Positions 17,818-26,630 are shown, counted from the first letter of the stretch. The stretch: 64,000 bases of DNA from a bacterium (GCA_021824345.1 JAKAKW010000002.1:86552-150551), one strand, 5' to 3'. The notes: generated by a model from the letters alone, not told the origin. Program-made: numbers and translations.

Positions 17818-18630
17818 ATGGAAATACCAAACACACATAAAAAAATTCTCTTTTATGTTTTTACCGCTTTTTTGGCGGTGTTGACCGTTTATTTCGCGGC
17901 GCAGGCGGTTTTTGCCATTAAATATTCCGGATCCTCGGACAAGTCGGTCGAACACACGATCACCGTTTCCGGGCACGGAGAGGTGGATGCTTCTCCCGAC
18001 ATCGCCAATATAAGCTTTACCATCATGAAGGACGCAAAGACGGTTAAAGATGCCCAGGATCAGGTTGCTCAAATTGAAAAGAAGGCGCTGGAACTGTTGA
18101 AAGCGGACGGGGTGGAAGAAAAGGATATAAAGACTTCAAGCGCTTCATTTAGTCCCAAATATGAGTATGTGTATTCTTCCCTCGCTCTTCCTTGCGGACA
18201 GTACGGCTGTCCTCCCAGGCCCGGTAAAAATGTCATTACAGGTTATGAGGCGTATGAGACAATCAGCGTAAAAGTTCGAAACATAGACAGTACCGGAAAG
18301 ATCATCCAAGATCTCGGAGGAACGGGAGTATCCGATTTGAACGGGCCCAACTTCGCGATTGACAAAGAAGATGCGATCAAAGCCGAAGCCAGAAGCAAGG
18401 CTATCGCCGATGCCCAATCAAAAGCGAAAGAACTTGCGAAGGAACTGGGAGTGAGCTTGTCCGGCGTGGCTAATTTCAGCGAGTCGGGCAACAATGTTTA
18501 TCCGGTGATGTACAAGAGCGCAGCGATCGGCGCCGGAGCCATGGATTCCGCGTCGCCCGTTCCCGCCCAGCTTCCCAGGGGCCAAAATACGGTCACTTCC
18601 GACGTAACAATCACTTACGACTTCAAATAG
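17818..18630 (+). CDS. SIMPL-domain (DUF541) secreted protein
   Basis: N-terminal signal/TM. TITVSGHGEV...SFTI fold signature of SIMPL/26-kDa periplasmic immunogenic protein family. Confidence 0.6.
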   Translation: MEIPNTHKKILFYVFTAFLAVLTVYFAAQAVFAIKYSGSSDKSVEHTITVSGHGEVDASPDIANISFTIMKDAKTVKDAQDQVAQIEKKALELLKADGVEEKDIKTSSASFSPKYEYVYSSLALPCGQYGCPPRPGKNVITGYEAYETISVKVRNIDSTGKIIQDLGGTGVSDLNGPNFAIDKEDAIKAEARSKAIADAQSKAKELAKELGVSLSGVANFSESGNNVYPVMYKSAAIGAGAMDSASPVPAQLPRGQNTVTSDVTITYDFK

Positions 18631-18640
18631 CTTCTCGCTC

Positions 18641-18668
18641 AAGGGCGGAGGATTACCCTCCGCCCTTG
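18641..18668 (+). terminator. Terminator hairpin gggcggagg-attac-cctccgccc
   Basis: 9-bp GC stem. The same motif recurs after rpsG at 27626. Confidence 0.45.
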
Positions 18669-18705
18669 GTGTTTGACTTTTTGCCTGAAAAGAGTATATT
18701 CAAAA

Positions 18706-18730
18706 AAGCCCCCTGCGGGGGCTTTTTTGA
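18706..18730 (+). terminator. Intrinsic terminator (aaaaaagccccc-tgc-gggggcttttttg)
   Basis: GC stem flanked by A-run and T-run. Confidence 0.6.
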
Positions 18731-18736
18731 AGAGGA

Positions 18737-18916
18737 ATGTCGAAAATAAAAAATTATTTGAAGGAAATAAAGGCGGAGCTGGTCCATGTGGTATGGCCGA
18801 GCAGGAAACAGACGGTTTATTACACCATTTTGGTGATCGTCCTTTCCATCGTGGTGGCGTACTTTTTGGGCCTCTTTGATTTTATTTTCCTCCGAGGATT
18901 GCAGCTGCTGGTATAG
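18737..18916 (+). CDS. secE: Preprotein translocase subunit SecE (59 aa, absent from ORF track because <60 aa)
   Basis: Manual translation MSKIKNYLKEIKAELVHVVWPSRKQTVYYTILVIVLSIVVAYFLGLFDFIFLRGLQLLV. Classic KEVxxELxKVxWPxRKE signature plus single TM. Located directly upstream of nusG. Confidence 0.8.
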   Translation: MSKIKNYLKEIKAELVHVVWPSRKQTVYYTILVIVLSIVVAYFLGLFDFIFLRGLQLLV

Positions 18917-18929
18917 CGGCCATTGAAAT

Positions 18930-19478
18930 ATGTCCAAACAAGAGGCACAAGGCGTCAGAAATTGGTACGCCATTCATACTTACTCCGGATACGAAAACGT
19001 GGTCCTGCGAAATTTGAAACAGCGCATAGATTCTTTGATGATGCATGACAAGATTTTCAATGTGATCGTGCCGGTGGAAAAGAAGATCAAGATTAAAGGA
19101 GGCAAAAGGGTGGAAGTGGAGGAAAAAATATACCCCGGCTATGTTTTGGTGGACATGATAGTAACCGACGATTCATGGTACGTGGTAAGAAATACTCCGA
19201 GAGTGACCGGCTTCGTGGGAGCGGGAGTGAATCCTGTTCCGTTGAAGAAAGAGGAAGTGGATTATTTGTTCAAGAAAATGGAAGGAGGCGGATCCGTCAA
19301 GCACAAGATTGACCTGGCGGAAGGGGAACTGGTGACCATTACGGACGGCCCCTTCAGGGATTTGGAAGGCCGGGTGGAGTCGGTGGACCAGGAACGCGGA
19401 AAAGTAAAAGTGCTGGTTTCCATGTTCGGCCGGGAAACTCCGGTAGAGCTGGATTTCTTGCAAGTTAAGAAGACATAG
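18930..19478 (+). CDS. nusG: Transcription antitermination factor NusG
   Basis: NGN domain (WYAIHTYSGYEN) and KOW domain (GELVTITDGPFRDLEGRV). Confidence 0.9.
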   Translation: MSKQEAQGVRNWYAIHTYSGYENVVLRNLKQRIDSLMMHDKIFNVIVPVEKKIKIKGGKRVEVEEKIYPGYVLVDMIVTDDSWYVVRNTPRVTGFVGAGVNPVPLKKEEVDYLFKKMEGGGSVKHKIDLAEGELVTITDGPFRDLEGRVESVDQERGKVKVLVSMFGRETPVELDFLQVKKT

Positions 19479-19506
19479 GTTAATCTATGGCTAATCACAT
19501 AAAATT

Positions 19507-19932
19507 ATGGCAAAGAAAATAATCAAAAAAATAAAGCTTCAGATTCCGGCCGGAAAAGCGACCCCCGCTCCTCCGCTTGGACCCGCTCTCGGACAGGCCG
19601 GCATAAACATCGGCGATTTCGTGACCAAGTTTAATGCGGCTTCCCAAAAGATGGCCGGAGACATAGTTTCCGTTTCAGTCTCGGTATTTGAAGATCGAAC
19701 GTATGATTTTATAATCAAAACACCGCCCGTTTCCGGATTGATCTTGAAAGCGGCGGGTATCGAGAAAGGTTCGGGCAAGAACGCCCTCAGTAAAGCCGGA
19801 AAGATTACCAGAAAGCAGGCGGAAGATATTGCGGAAAAGAAAATGCCGGATTTGAATGCCAAAGATATGGACGGCGCCGTGCGCATCGTTGCCGGATCCG
19901 CCCGCTCAATGGGAGTGGAAGTTGAAAATTAA
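19507..19932 (+). CDS. rplK: Ribosomal protein L11
   Basis: PAGKATPAPPLGPALGQAGINIGDFVTKFN L11 signature. Confidence 0.9.
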   Translation: MAKKIIKKIKLQIPAGKATPAPPLGPALGQAGINIGDFVTKFNAASQKMAGDIVSVSVSVFEDRTYDFIIKTPPVSGLILKAAGIEKGSGKNALSKAGKITRKQAEDIAEKKMPDLNAKDMDGAVRIVAGSARSMGVEVEN

Positions 19933-19941
19933 AAGTTTATC

Positions 19942-19975
19942 AAAGAAGGAAGCTCTGCTTCCTTCTTTCTTTTTA
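19942..19975 (+). terminator. Intrinsic terminator after rplK (12-bp stem aaagaaggaagc/gcttccttcttt + T-run)
   Basis: Perfect inverted repeat followed by ctttttaaaaag. Confidence 0.65.
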
Positions 19976-19980
19976 AAAAG

Positions 19981-20697
19981 ATGAAAAAATATTTTACCAA
20001 GCGAAATGTTTTGTTTGTCATAATCTTCGCGGTTCTCGGGTTTCTCGCTCTGCAGATTCCGTTTACGGAGCTGGCCGGCTCCGGAGCGAAGTTTACCATT
20101 TACGACGCTTTTGCTCCGATTGCCGGATCTTTCATAGGGGCGGTGCCGGGGCTTATCGCCGTGCTTCTGATGGAACTGGCGAATTTCTTCATGCACGGGG
20201 CGGTAGTTTCGGATGCGGGAACCATTATCCGTTTCCTTCCCATGCTTTTTGCCGTAGCCTATTTCGCCCGCAAAGGAAAATTTAATATCATCATTCCGAT
20301 CATCGCCATAATCGCCTGGAACCTTAACCCGGTCGGCCGAAGCGTTTGGTACTATTCCATGTTTTGGACCATTCCGATTTTTGCATATTTCCTGAGAGAC
20401 AAGTTTCTTCTGGCCCGGTCTTTCGGAGCCACTTTCACCGCTCACGCCGTAGGCGGGGCTCTCTGGATATGGTTCTTCAATCTGCCGGCGGCTGTTTGGA
20501 TTGCTCTCATTCCGGTGACGGCCATAGAGCGCACCATTTTCGCTCTCGGCATATCGGCATCTTTCGTGGTGGTGGGCAATGCTCTTGCGTACCTGGAAAA
20601 GAAGCATATCGTGAATCTCGGATTTCTGGCAGAAAAGAAATATATCCTGCCGTCTCTGCGCTATGAATCAAACGCGCAAAACACAAATAACGCCTAA
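19981..20697 (+). CDS. Hypothetical polytopic membrane protein (possibly ECF-transporter S-component-like)
   Basis: Six predicted TM helices across 238 aa. Functional call is speculative. Confidence 0.35.
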   Translation: MKKYFTKRNVLFVIIFAVLGFLALQIPFTELAGSGAKFTIYDAFAPIAGSFIGAVPGLIAVLLMELANFFMHGAVVSDAGTIIRFLPMLFAVAYFARKGKFNIIIPIIAIIAWNLNPVGRSVWYYSMFWTIPIFAYFLRDKFLLARSFGATFTAHAVGGALWIWFFNLPAAVWIALIPVTAIERTIFALGISASFVVVGNALAYLEKKHIVNLGFLAEKKYILPSLRYESNAQNTNNA

Positions 20698-20710
20698 ATT
20701 CACGGCTTAC

Positions 20711-21208
20711 ATGGCCGTGAGTATTGACGGCGTTTTGGCCGAAAACGGGAAAAGCGGGAACCGTTGGACCAGCCGGGAAGACCAGGCTTTTTTTCAAAAA
20801 GCGCTTTCCAAACACGACGGTTTTGCGACCGGATACAATACATTTAAAATCGCCGAAAAGAAGGTGAAGAAAAGGAGGAACGTATTGGTCTTCACTTCCA
20901 AGAAAAGAAATAAAGGAGTTCCGGAATCGGTGACTTTTGCCGACCCGAAGCGTTTCAGTCCGCGCAAATTCTTTACCGGCCGGGGATGCAAAAATGTGGC
21001 CGTGCTCGGAGGGCCCGGGGTGTACGCGTATTTTTTGGAACATGGTCTTTTGGATGAATTGTTCATTACCGTCGAGCCCTATGTATTCACCAAGGGGGTG
21101 CCGATGTTTTTCGGCTCGAAATTCAAAGCGCATTCATTTGTTTTGAAATCCGCCAGACGGTTGAATAAAAACGGGACTTTGCTTTTAAAGTACAAACATG
21201 CAAGTTAA
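20711..21208 (+). CDS. Dihydrofolate reductase-like protein (RibD C-terminal/DHFR family)
   Basis: MAVSIDGVLA...NVLVFTS...VAVLGGPGVYAYFLEHGLLDELFITVEPYVFTKGVPMF matches the DHFR/RibD_C fold signature. Start moved to the internal ATG to avoid overlap. Confidence 0.55.
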   Translation: MAVSIDGVLAENGKSGNRWTSREDQAFFQKALSKHDGFATGYNTFKIAEKKVKKRRNVLVFTSKKRNKGVPESVTFADPKRFSPRKFFTGRGCKNVAVLGGPGVYAYFLEHGLLDELFITVEPYVFTKGVPMFFGSKFKAHSFVLKSARRLNKNGTLLLKYKHAS

Positions 21209-21902
21209 AGCCATTAAAACCGCGGTTTTTCGGGAAAATGAGGATTTGATCCGATTTATTTTGCGCTATGTGAAAAAGCTTCCGGAAAAATCCATTTTGG
21301 TTGTGACGTCCAAAATAATCGCTTTGTCCGAAGGCCGGACAGTGGAGCTTAAAGATGAAAAACAAAAGGCCAGGATAATCAAAAAAGAAAGCGAATTTGC
21401 AATAAAAACAAAGAGGGCCTGGCTGACAATCAAAGACGGGGCGGTTATGGCCTCCGCCGGCGTGGATGAATCCAACGCGGCTGGCAAATTGATTCTTCTG
21501 CCGAGGAACAGCTTTGTTTCCGCGGAAATGATCCGCAACGAGCTCATGAAAAAATTCAAAGTGCAAAAGCTCGGAGTGCTTGTGACCGACAGCCGGACTT
21601 TTCCATTGCGCGCCGGCATTGTGGGCATGGCCCTGGGCTACGCGGGGTTCAAAGGAATCCGCGATTACCGCGGAACTGGGGACATCTTCGGCAGGAAATT
21701 AAAAATGTCCAGAACCAACGTTGCCGATTCTCTTGCCGCTGCCGCAGTGCTTTGCATGGGAGAGGGGAAAGAGAGGCAGCCGCTTGCGATACTAGAAGAC
21801 GCTCCGGCGGTTTTCTCTCAAACAATAAATCCGAAAGAAATACTCATAAATCCGAAGATAGATTTGTATTTGCCATTTTTTAGGCGTATATTAAGGAAAT
21901 GA
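21198..21902 (+). CDS. CofE-like F420-0:gamma-glutamyl ligase-family protein
   Basis: VVTSKIIALSEGR...ASAGVDESNA...LLP...VLVTDSRTFPLRAGIVGMALGYAGF is typical of the CofE/F420_ligase family. The organism is unlikely to make F420. Confidence 0.5.
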   Translation: MQVKAIKTAVFRENEDLIRFILRYVKKLPEKSILVVTSKIIALSEGRTVELKDEKQKARIIKKESEFAIKTKRAWLTIKDGAVMASAGVDESNAAGKLILLPRNSFVSAEMIRNELMKKFKVQKLGVLVTDSRTFPLRAGIVGMALGYAGFKGIRDYRGTGDIFGRKLKMSRTNVADSLAAAAVLCMGEGKERQPLAILEDAPAVFSQTINPKEILINPKIDLYLPFFRRILRK

Positions 21903-22381
21903 AAAATGCTAGGCCGTCTTGGGACGAATATTTCTTGGGCATGGCGGATTATGTCGGCAGCCGGGGCACCTGCGATCGCGGGCGGAACGGATGCGTGATC
22001 GTTCGCGACAAAAGAGTGATTTCCACCGGATATGTTGGTTCTCCTCCCGGACTGCCGCATTGCGATGACGTCGGGCATGAAATGCATAAAGTGACAAACG
22101 AGGACGGCACCGATTCCATGCATTGCGTTCGCACGGCGCACGCGGAAATGAACGCCATTGCCCAGGCTGCGCGGTTCGGAGTTTCCGTCGGCGGGGGAAC
22201 CTTATATACCAAGATGACGCCCTGTTACACTTGCGCCAAAGCGATTATCACCGCCGGCATCAAGCGGGTGGTAAGCGAAAAAGATTATCATGCGAGTAAA
22301 AGAAGCAAGGAAATTTTAAAGGAAGCCGGAGTAGAGCTGGACATTATCAATAACGAAGTCGAGAAATACGACAATCAATAA
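21899..22381 (+). CDS. dCMP deaminase (cytidine/deoxycytidylate deaminase zinc-binding family)
   Basis: HAEMNAI and PCYTCAKAI zinc-ligand motifs, in a ComEB/dCMP deaminase-like arrangement. Confidence 0.75.
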   Translation: MKNARPSWDEYFLGMADYVGSRGTCDRGRNGCVIVRDKRVISTGYVGSPPGLPHCDDVGHEMHKVTNEDGTDSMHCVRTAHAEMNAIAQAARFGVSVGGGTLYTKMTPCYTCAKAIITAGIKRVVSEKDYHASKRSKEILKEAGVELDIINNEVEKYDNQ

Positions 22382-22382
22382 C

Positions 22383-22712
22383 ATGGTTGACCTGAAAAAA
22401 ATGCAGAAGGAAGCGATGGAAAACAAGGTGAAGCATGGCTTCAATACCACGGACATCGCCCTGGAATTCTGCCATGCCCACGAAGAGCTTTCAGAGGCTT
22501 TCCATAAGTTCAACAAAAACGAGGAAGGAGTGGCGGAAGAGCTGGCGGACGTAATGATTTTCCTCCTCGGACTGTGCGAAATACTCGGTTTTGATCTTGA
22601 GAAGGAGGTGGTGGGCAAGATGGAAAAGAACAAAAACAGAGAATACGAAAAGAAGAAATCTCCCGATGGTAAAGATGTGTTTATCCGGATCAGGACGCCG
22701 GAAGATCCTTAG
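22383..22712 (+). CDS. MazG-like nucleotide pyrophosphohydrolase
   Basis: EELSEAF...EELADVMIFLLGLCEILGFDLE MazG/NTP-PPase helix signature. Confidence 0.65.
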   Translation: MVDLKKMQKEAMENKVKHGFNTTDIALEFCHAHEELSEAFHKFNKNEEGVAEELADVMIFLLGLCEILGFDLEKEVVGKMEKNKNREYEKKKSPDGKDVFIRIRTPEDP

Positions 22713-22749
22713 CACGAAAAAAGGAAGCCTGGCTTCCTTTTTTCGTGCT
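22711..22749. terminator. Bidirectional terminator (19-bp perfect inverted repeat agcacgaaaaaaggaagcc/ggcttccttttttcgtgct) between convergent MazG and folA
   Basis: Perfect palindrome with internal A-run/T-run. The folA stop codon overlaps the stem end. Confidence 0.65.
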
Positions 22750-23230
22750 AGCTCCTTTCATATAAGACAAAAGAATACGGATGCGGATTTTCTTCGTCGG
22801 CCGGAAAATCTTCCCGGCTTTTTTCTTTCCATTCGGGGCCGATTTCCGGGAAGTATGTATCCGCGTCCGGAAACTCCGCTTCCACGCGGGTGATGTAAAG
22901 CCTTTCTGCCTTCGGCAGAAACAGCCTATATATCTGTCCTCCGCCGATTACGAAGTTTTCTTCTTTTTTATCCAGTTTTTCCAGCGCTTCTTCGGGAGAG
23001 TAAACAATTTCCGTTCCCGAAGCTTCAAAATTTTTGTCGCGGGTAAGGATGATGTTCCGCCTGTTCGGCAGGGGGCGGCCGAGCGACTCATATGTCTTCT
23101 GTCCCATGATTACCGGGTGTCCGGAAGTGGTTTTGCGGAAATGCTTCATGTCCGCGCTCATATGCCAAAGCAGGGCATTATTCTTCCCAAGCTCGTTATT
23201 CTTCCCAATTGCCGCAATAATTGAAAGCAT
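22748..23230 (-). CDS. folA: Dihydrofolate reductase FolA
   Basis: MLSIIAAIGKNNELGKNNALLWH...IMGQKTYESLGRPLPNRRNIILTR...VIGGGQIY is a classic DHFR. Start at the internal ATG 5 nt after the thyA stop. Confidence 0.85.
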   Translation of the reverse strand: MLSIIAAIGKNNELGKNNALLWHMSADMKHFRKTTSGHPVIMGQKTYESLGRPLPNRRNIILTRDKNFEASGTEIVYSPEEALEKLDKKEENFVIGGGQIYRLFLPKAERLYITRVEAEFPDADTYFPEIGPEWKEKSREDFPADEENPHPYSFVLYERS

Positions 23231-23234
23231 GATT

Positions 23235-24116
23235 TTATACCGCAATCTCAAACGGAATGCGGGGATAGCTTTCATAGCCGATCACTTTTGAATCTTCCGC
23301 ATGCCAGTCAAAGATTGATTTCCAGTTTTCAGTTTCAAGCTTTGGCAGGGGATATTTCTTCGGGTCTCGGGAGAGCTGTTCCTTGGCTCCTTCCATGTGG
23401 TTTTCATAAATGTGCACATCTCCAAGAAACCCGACGAGTTTTCCTTCCTTGAATCCTGATTCTTTGGCGAGAAGGTGCAGAAGAAGGGCATAGCTTGCTA
23501 TGTTAAAAGGCAGCCCAAGCATGGTATCCACCGAGCGCTGGTTCCACATAAGGTTCAGCTTGTCGCCTATGGTGGTTACCTGGAAAGAATAGTGGCAGGG
23601 CGGCAGAGCCATCTCGCCAAATTGCTGGGGATTCCAGGCGGAAACTATCATCCTCCGATCTCGCGGATTGGTCTTCAAGGTTTCCACAATTTTTTTCAAC
23701 TGATCCACTCCCTTACCCGTGTAATCTGTATCGTAGCTTTCATACGGAGCGTTGAAATGCCTCCACTGGAATCCGTAAATGGGCCCCAGGTCGCGTTCTT
23801 CCATCATTTTTTTCTTGGACGCTTCGTCGTGCCCGTAGGGCGCTTTCTGCGGTTTGGCCCATTCATCCCAGATGTGATTATTTCGATCACGGAGCCAGTT
23901 CTTGTCCGTGACTCCATTTATAAAAAATTCAAGTTCTGAAGCAATCAGCCGAAACGGCATTTTTTTTGTAGTCAGGAGGGGGTACCCATCCGACATGTCA
24001 TGTTCAAATATCGCCCCGGCCATGGTGTATGCTCGTTCTCCGGTTCTTGTTTCCACTAATTCGCCTTTGTTCAAAACCGTCTTTACTATATCCAAATATG
24101 CTTTCATGTCCTCCAT
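23235..24116 (-). CDS. thyA: Thymidylate synthase ThyA
   Basis: RTGERAYTMAGAIFEHDMSDGYPLLTTKK, the LPPCH equivalent, and a C-terminal ThyA core. Confidence 0.9.
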   Translation of the reverse strand: MEDMKAYLDIVKTVLNKGELVETRTGERAYTMAGAIFEHDMSDGYPLLTTKKMPFRLIASELEFFINGVTDKNWLRDRNNHIWDEWAKPQKAPYGHDEASKKKMMEERDLGPIYGFQWRHFNAPYESYDTDYTGKGVDQLKKIVETLKTNPRDRRMIVSAWNPQQFGEMALPPCHYSFQVTTIGDKLNLMWNQRSVDTMLGLPFNIASYALLLHLLAKESGFKEGKLVGFLGDVHIYENHMEGAKEQLSRDPKKYPLPKLETENWKSIFDWHAEDSKVIGYESYPRIPFEIAV

Positions 24117-24309
24117 TATAACAGAATCGGAAAAGGCTCTGCTATATTTTTATGTTGACAATATATCATATGTATGATATGCTCTAAGCATCATTCTCAC
24201 GGGCGCCGCGGAAGTGCGGCGCCCGCTATTATTTAACGAGACTGACGCTTGTGGAAATCAACTAAGACTTTCGTGTCGGGTGATTGATATCCATGACACA
24301 AAAGAAAGT

Positions 24310-25632
24310 ATGATAAACAAACGTGGGTTTTCGCGCCCCGCCAGGGCGGGGCGCGGTTCATCTTCCCGTTTTTCAAGGGGAAGCGCCGGGAGCAATGCCG
24401 GCAAGACAGCAGGCGGAGGCAAGCCCTTTCGCCGCTTTGGCAATTCAAATTTTAAGAGAGGAGGCAGGCGCGCTCCGGCCGGAGGCAGGAGGGGATCCGG
24501 AAAACGTTTCGGCGCCGAGCGCATAGACTTTTCCCGTTTCGTAAAAAAGGCCGAATATGCGGAAGAAAAGGCTTATATTCCCGAACATTCGTTCGCTGAT
24601 TTTAATTTTTATGATCAGGTGGAAAAAAATCTGGCAAAAAAAGGATTTTCAGGCCCGAGACCCATACAGGATCAGGCGATACCGAAAGTGCTTGAGGGCA
24701 GAGACGTTTTCGGCTTGGCCAATACAGGCACCGGGAAAACCGCCGCCTTCCTCCTTCCTTTGATAGATAAAATTTTAAAGGGCAAATCCGATGGCCGAAT
24801 GGGATTGAACAAAGTGCTCATAATGGCCCCCACCCGAGAGCTTGCCATGCAGATAGAATCCGATTTCCGCGAGCTGGCCTACGGGCTTGGAATTTTTTCC
24901 GCCGTATGCGTGGGAGGTTTGCCGATAACCAGGCAGATAAGGGAAATAGGCAGAGGGGTTACTTTCATTATAGGAACTCCGGGCCGGCTGAAGGATTTGA
25001 TAAAAAGAAAAAAACTCGATCTATCCAAATGCCAATATGTCGTCTTGGATGAAGCCGACAGGATGCTGGATATGGGATTCCGCCCGGACATGGTTTCCAT
25101 TTTGGGAGGAGTTCCGAAAGAGCGCCAAACTCTTTTCTTTTCCGCCACTCTTTCGCCGGAAATAAAAAAACTGACCGTCGAATTTCTAAGAGATCCGGTT
25201 TCAATTTCAGTGCTTTCCGGCGAAACTGCGAAGAACATAGATCAGGATATAATCCGCGCCAAGACGAAGGAAGAAAAACTGGAGAAGCTCCATGATGTGC
25301 TGAACAAGAAGGGGGCCGACAAGGTACTTATTTTCCGCGAGATGAAGCATAGCGTGGATTCTCTCACCAGAGAGCTGTCGGAAAGAGGGTTCAAAGTCGG
25401 CTGCATTCACGGCAACAAACGGAGCAGGGAACGCATACGCACCCTGGATTTATTCAAGCAGGATCATATTAAAATTCTGATAGCCACGGACGTTGCCGCC
25501 CGGGGTCTGGATATTCCGGACGTCACACATGTCATAAACTACGACATACCGCAGAATTACGAAACGTACATCCACCGTATCGGCCGTACCGGCCGGAGCG
25601 GCAAAAAAGGCATCGCTTTGACATTCATATAA
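24310..25632 (+). CDS. DEAD-box ATP-dependent RNA helicase with N-terminal Arg/Gly-rich region
   Basis: Q-motif (FADFNF, GFSGPRPIQ), GLANTGTGKT, PTRELA, VLDEADRMLDMGF (DEAD), SAT, HRIGRTGR. The RG-rich segment precedes the core. Start chosen at the ATG with RBS aaagaaag downstream of a GC hairpin (24200..24225). Confidence 0.85.
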   Translation: MINKRGFSRPARAGRGSSSRFSRGSAGSNAGKTAGGGKPFRRFGNSNFKRGGRRAPAGGRRGSGKRFGAERIDFSRFVKKAEYAEEKAYIPEHSFADFNFYDQVEKNLAKKGFSGPRPIQDQAIPKVLEGRDVFGLANTGTGKTAAFLLPLIDKILKGKSDGRMGLNKVLIMAPTRELAMQIESDFRELAYGLGIFSAVCVGGLPITRQIREIGRGVTFIIGTPGRLKDLIKRKKLDLSKCQYVVLDEADRMLDMGFRPDMVSILGGVPKERQTLFFSATLSPEIKKLTVEFLRDPVSISVLSGETAKNIDQDIIRAKTKEEKLEKLHDVLNKKGADKVLIFREMKHSVDSLTRELSERGFKVGCIHGNKRSRERIRTLDLFKQDHIKILIATDVAARGLDIPDVTHVINYDIPQNYETYIHRIGRTGRSGKKGIALTFI

Positions 25633-25633
25633 C

Positions 25634-25666
25634 AAAAAAGCGGGAGGCAAGGCCTCCCGCTTTTTT
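25634..25666. terminator. Bidirectional intrinsic terminator (aaaaaagcgggaggc aag gcctcccgctttttt)
   Basis: 9-bp GC stem with A-run upstream and T-run downstream. Serves the convergent helicase and rpmB. Confidence 0.65.
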
Positions 25667-25680
25667 GTTATATATTTTAT

Positions 25681-25926
25681 TTATTTCACTACTCCCGCCT
25701 TTTTCAGGGTGGAATAGACTCCGTTTTTCTTGATGGTGCGCAGGCCGCGGGCGGAAACGGTGATAATTACCGATTTTTTCAGTTCCGGGACATAAACTTT
25801 CTTTTTTTGCAGATTCAAGTACTTCCTGGCCTTTCCGGTCGGATTGAATTTGGTGGCGCGGGTGCGGTTGGAATATCCGCCGCCCACGAAAGAATTTTTC
25901 TTTGTTATCGCGCAGCTTTTCGCCAT
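25681..25926 (-). CDS. rpmB: Ribosomal protein L28
   Basis: MAKSCAITKK...FNPTGKARKYLNLQKKKVYVPELKKSVIITVSARGLRTIKKNG L28 signature. Start at the internal ATG with GGAAA RBS. Confidence 0.8.
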   Translation of the reverse strand: MAKSCAITKKNSFVGGGYSNRTRATKFNPTGKARKYLNLQKKKVYVPELKKSVIITVSARGLRTIKKNGVYSTLKKAGVVK

Positions 25927-26009
25927 AGCGGTTTCCATGCTATCATGAAAGAGCGAGGAATGCAATGCGGATCGATTTTCCGCGCTTTTCCGGCAGATTT
26001 TTTAAATCC

Positions 26010-26630
26010 ATGCAAGCAGCCGATACTATATTTTTCATAATCATCCTGATAGTCTCCGTAGTGATTCACGAGATCTCGCACGGCTATGTGGCCGAGCTTT
26101 TCGGCGACGATACGGCCAGGCGGGCCGGCCGGCTTACTCTCAATCCTCTGAAGCACCTGGATATGTTCGGATCAATAATACTGCCATTGCTTCTGGTAAT
26201 TTTACAGTCCCCGTTTCTTCTGGGGTGGGCAAAGCCCGTGCCGTATAATCCGCTGAACTTGTCCAATCGAAAGTGGGGGACCTTCTGGGTATCGGCTGCC
26301 GGAGTGTTGGCGAATTTTTTCATAGCGATATTTTTCGGGATATTGCTCCGGTTTTTGGTGTCGGGCGGAGCGCCGGCTCAAGCTATTTTTATTCTTTCTT
26401 CCATCGTTCTCATGAACCTCGGACTTGGAATTTTCAATCTCATTCCGATTCCGCCCCTGGACGGGTCCAAACTGCTTTTCTCCGTTTTGCCGGACTCCGC
26501 ATATCCGACCTTGGTGTTCTTGGAAAGATATTCGCTGATAATCTTAGTGGCCTTCGTATTTTTGCTGTCCAGCTATCTGTTCCCCGTAATGTCCTATCTT
26601 TACACCCTGATTACCGGCATCGTCCTGTAA
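26010..26630 (+). CDS. Site-2 protease (M50 family) integral membrane zinc metalloprotease
   Basis: HEISHG (HExxH) in TM1 and NLIPIPPLDGSK (LDG motif). Start could also be 25965. Confidence 0.7.
   Translation: MQAADTIFFIIILIVSVVIHEISHGYVAELFGDDTARRAGRLTLNPLKHLDMFGSIILPLLLVILQSPFLLGWAKPVPYNPLNLSNRKWGTFWVSAAGVLANFFIAIFFGILLRFLVSGGAPAQAIFILSSIVLMNLGLGIFNLIPIPPLDGSKLLFSVLPDSAYPTLVFLERYSLIILVAFVFLLSSYLFPVMSYLYTLITGIVL

Noticed and set aside
18673-18879. 68-aa plus-strand ORF from the track
   Set aside because: It is in a different frame over the same DNA as the real 59-aa secE (18737..18916), whose translation matches the SecE signature. The track ORF has no such support.
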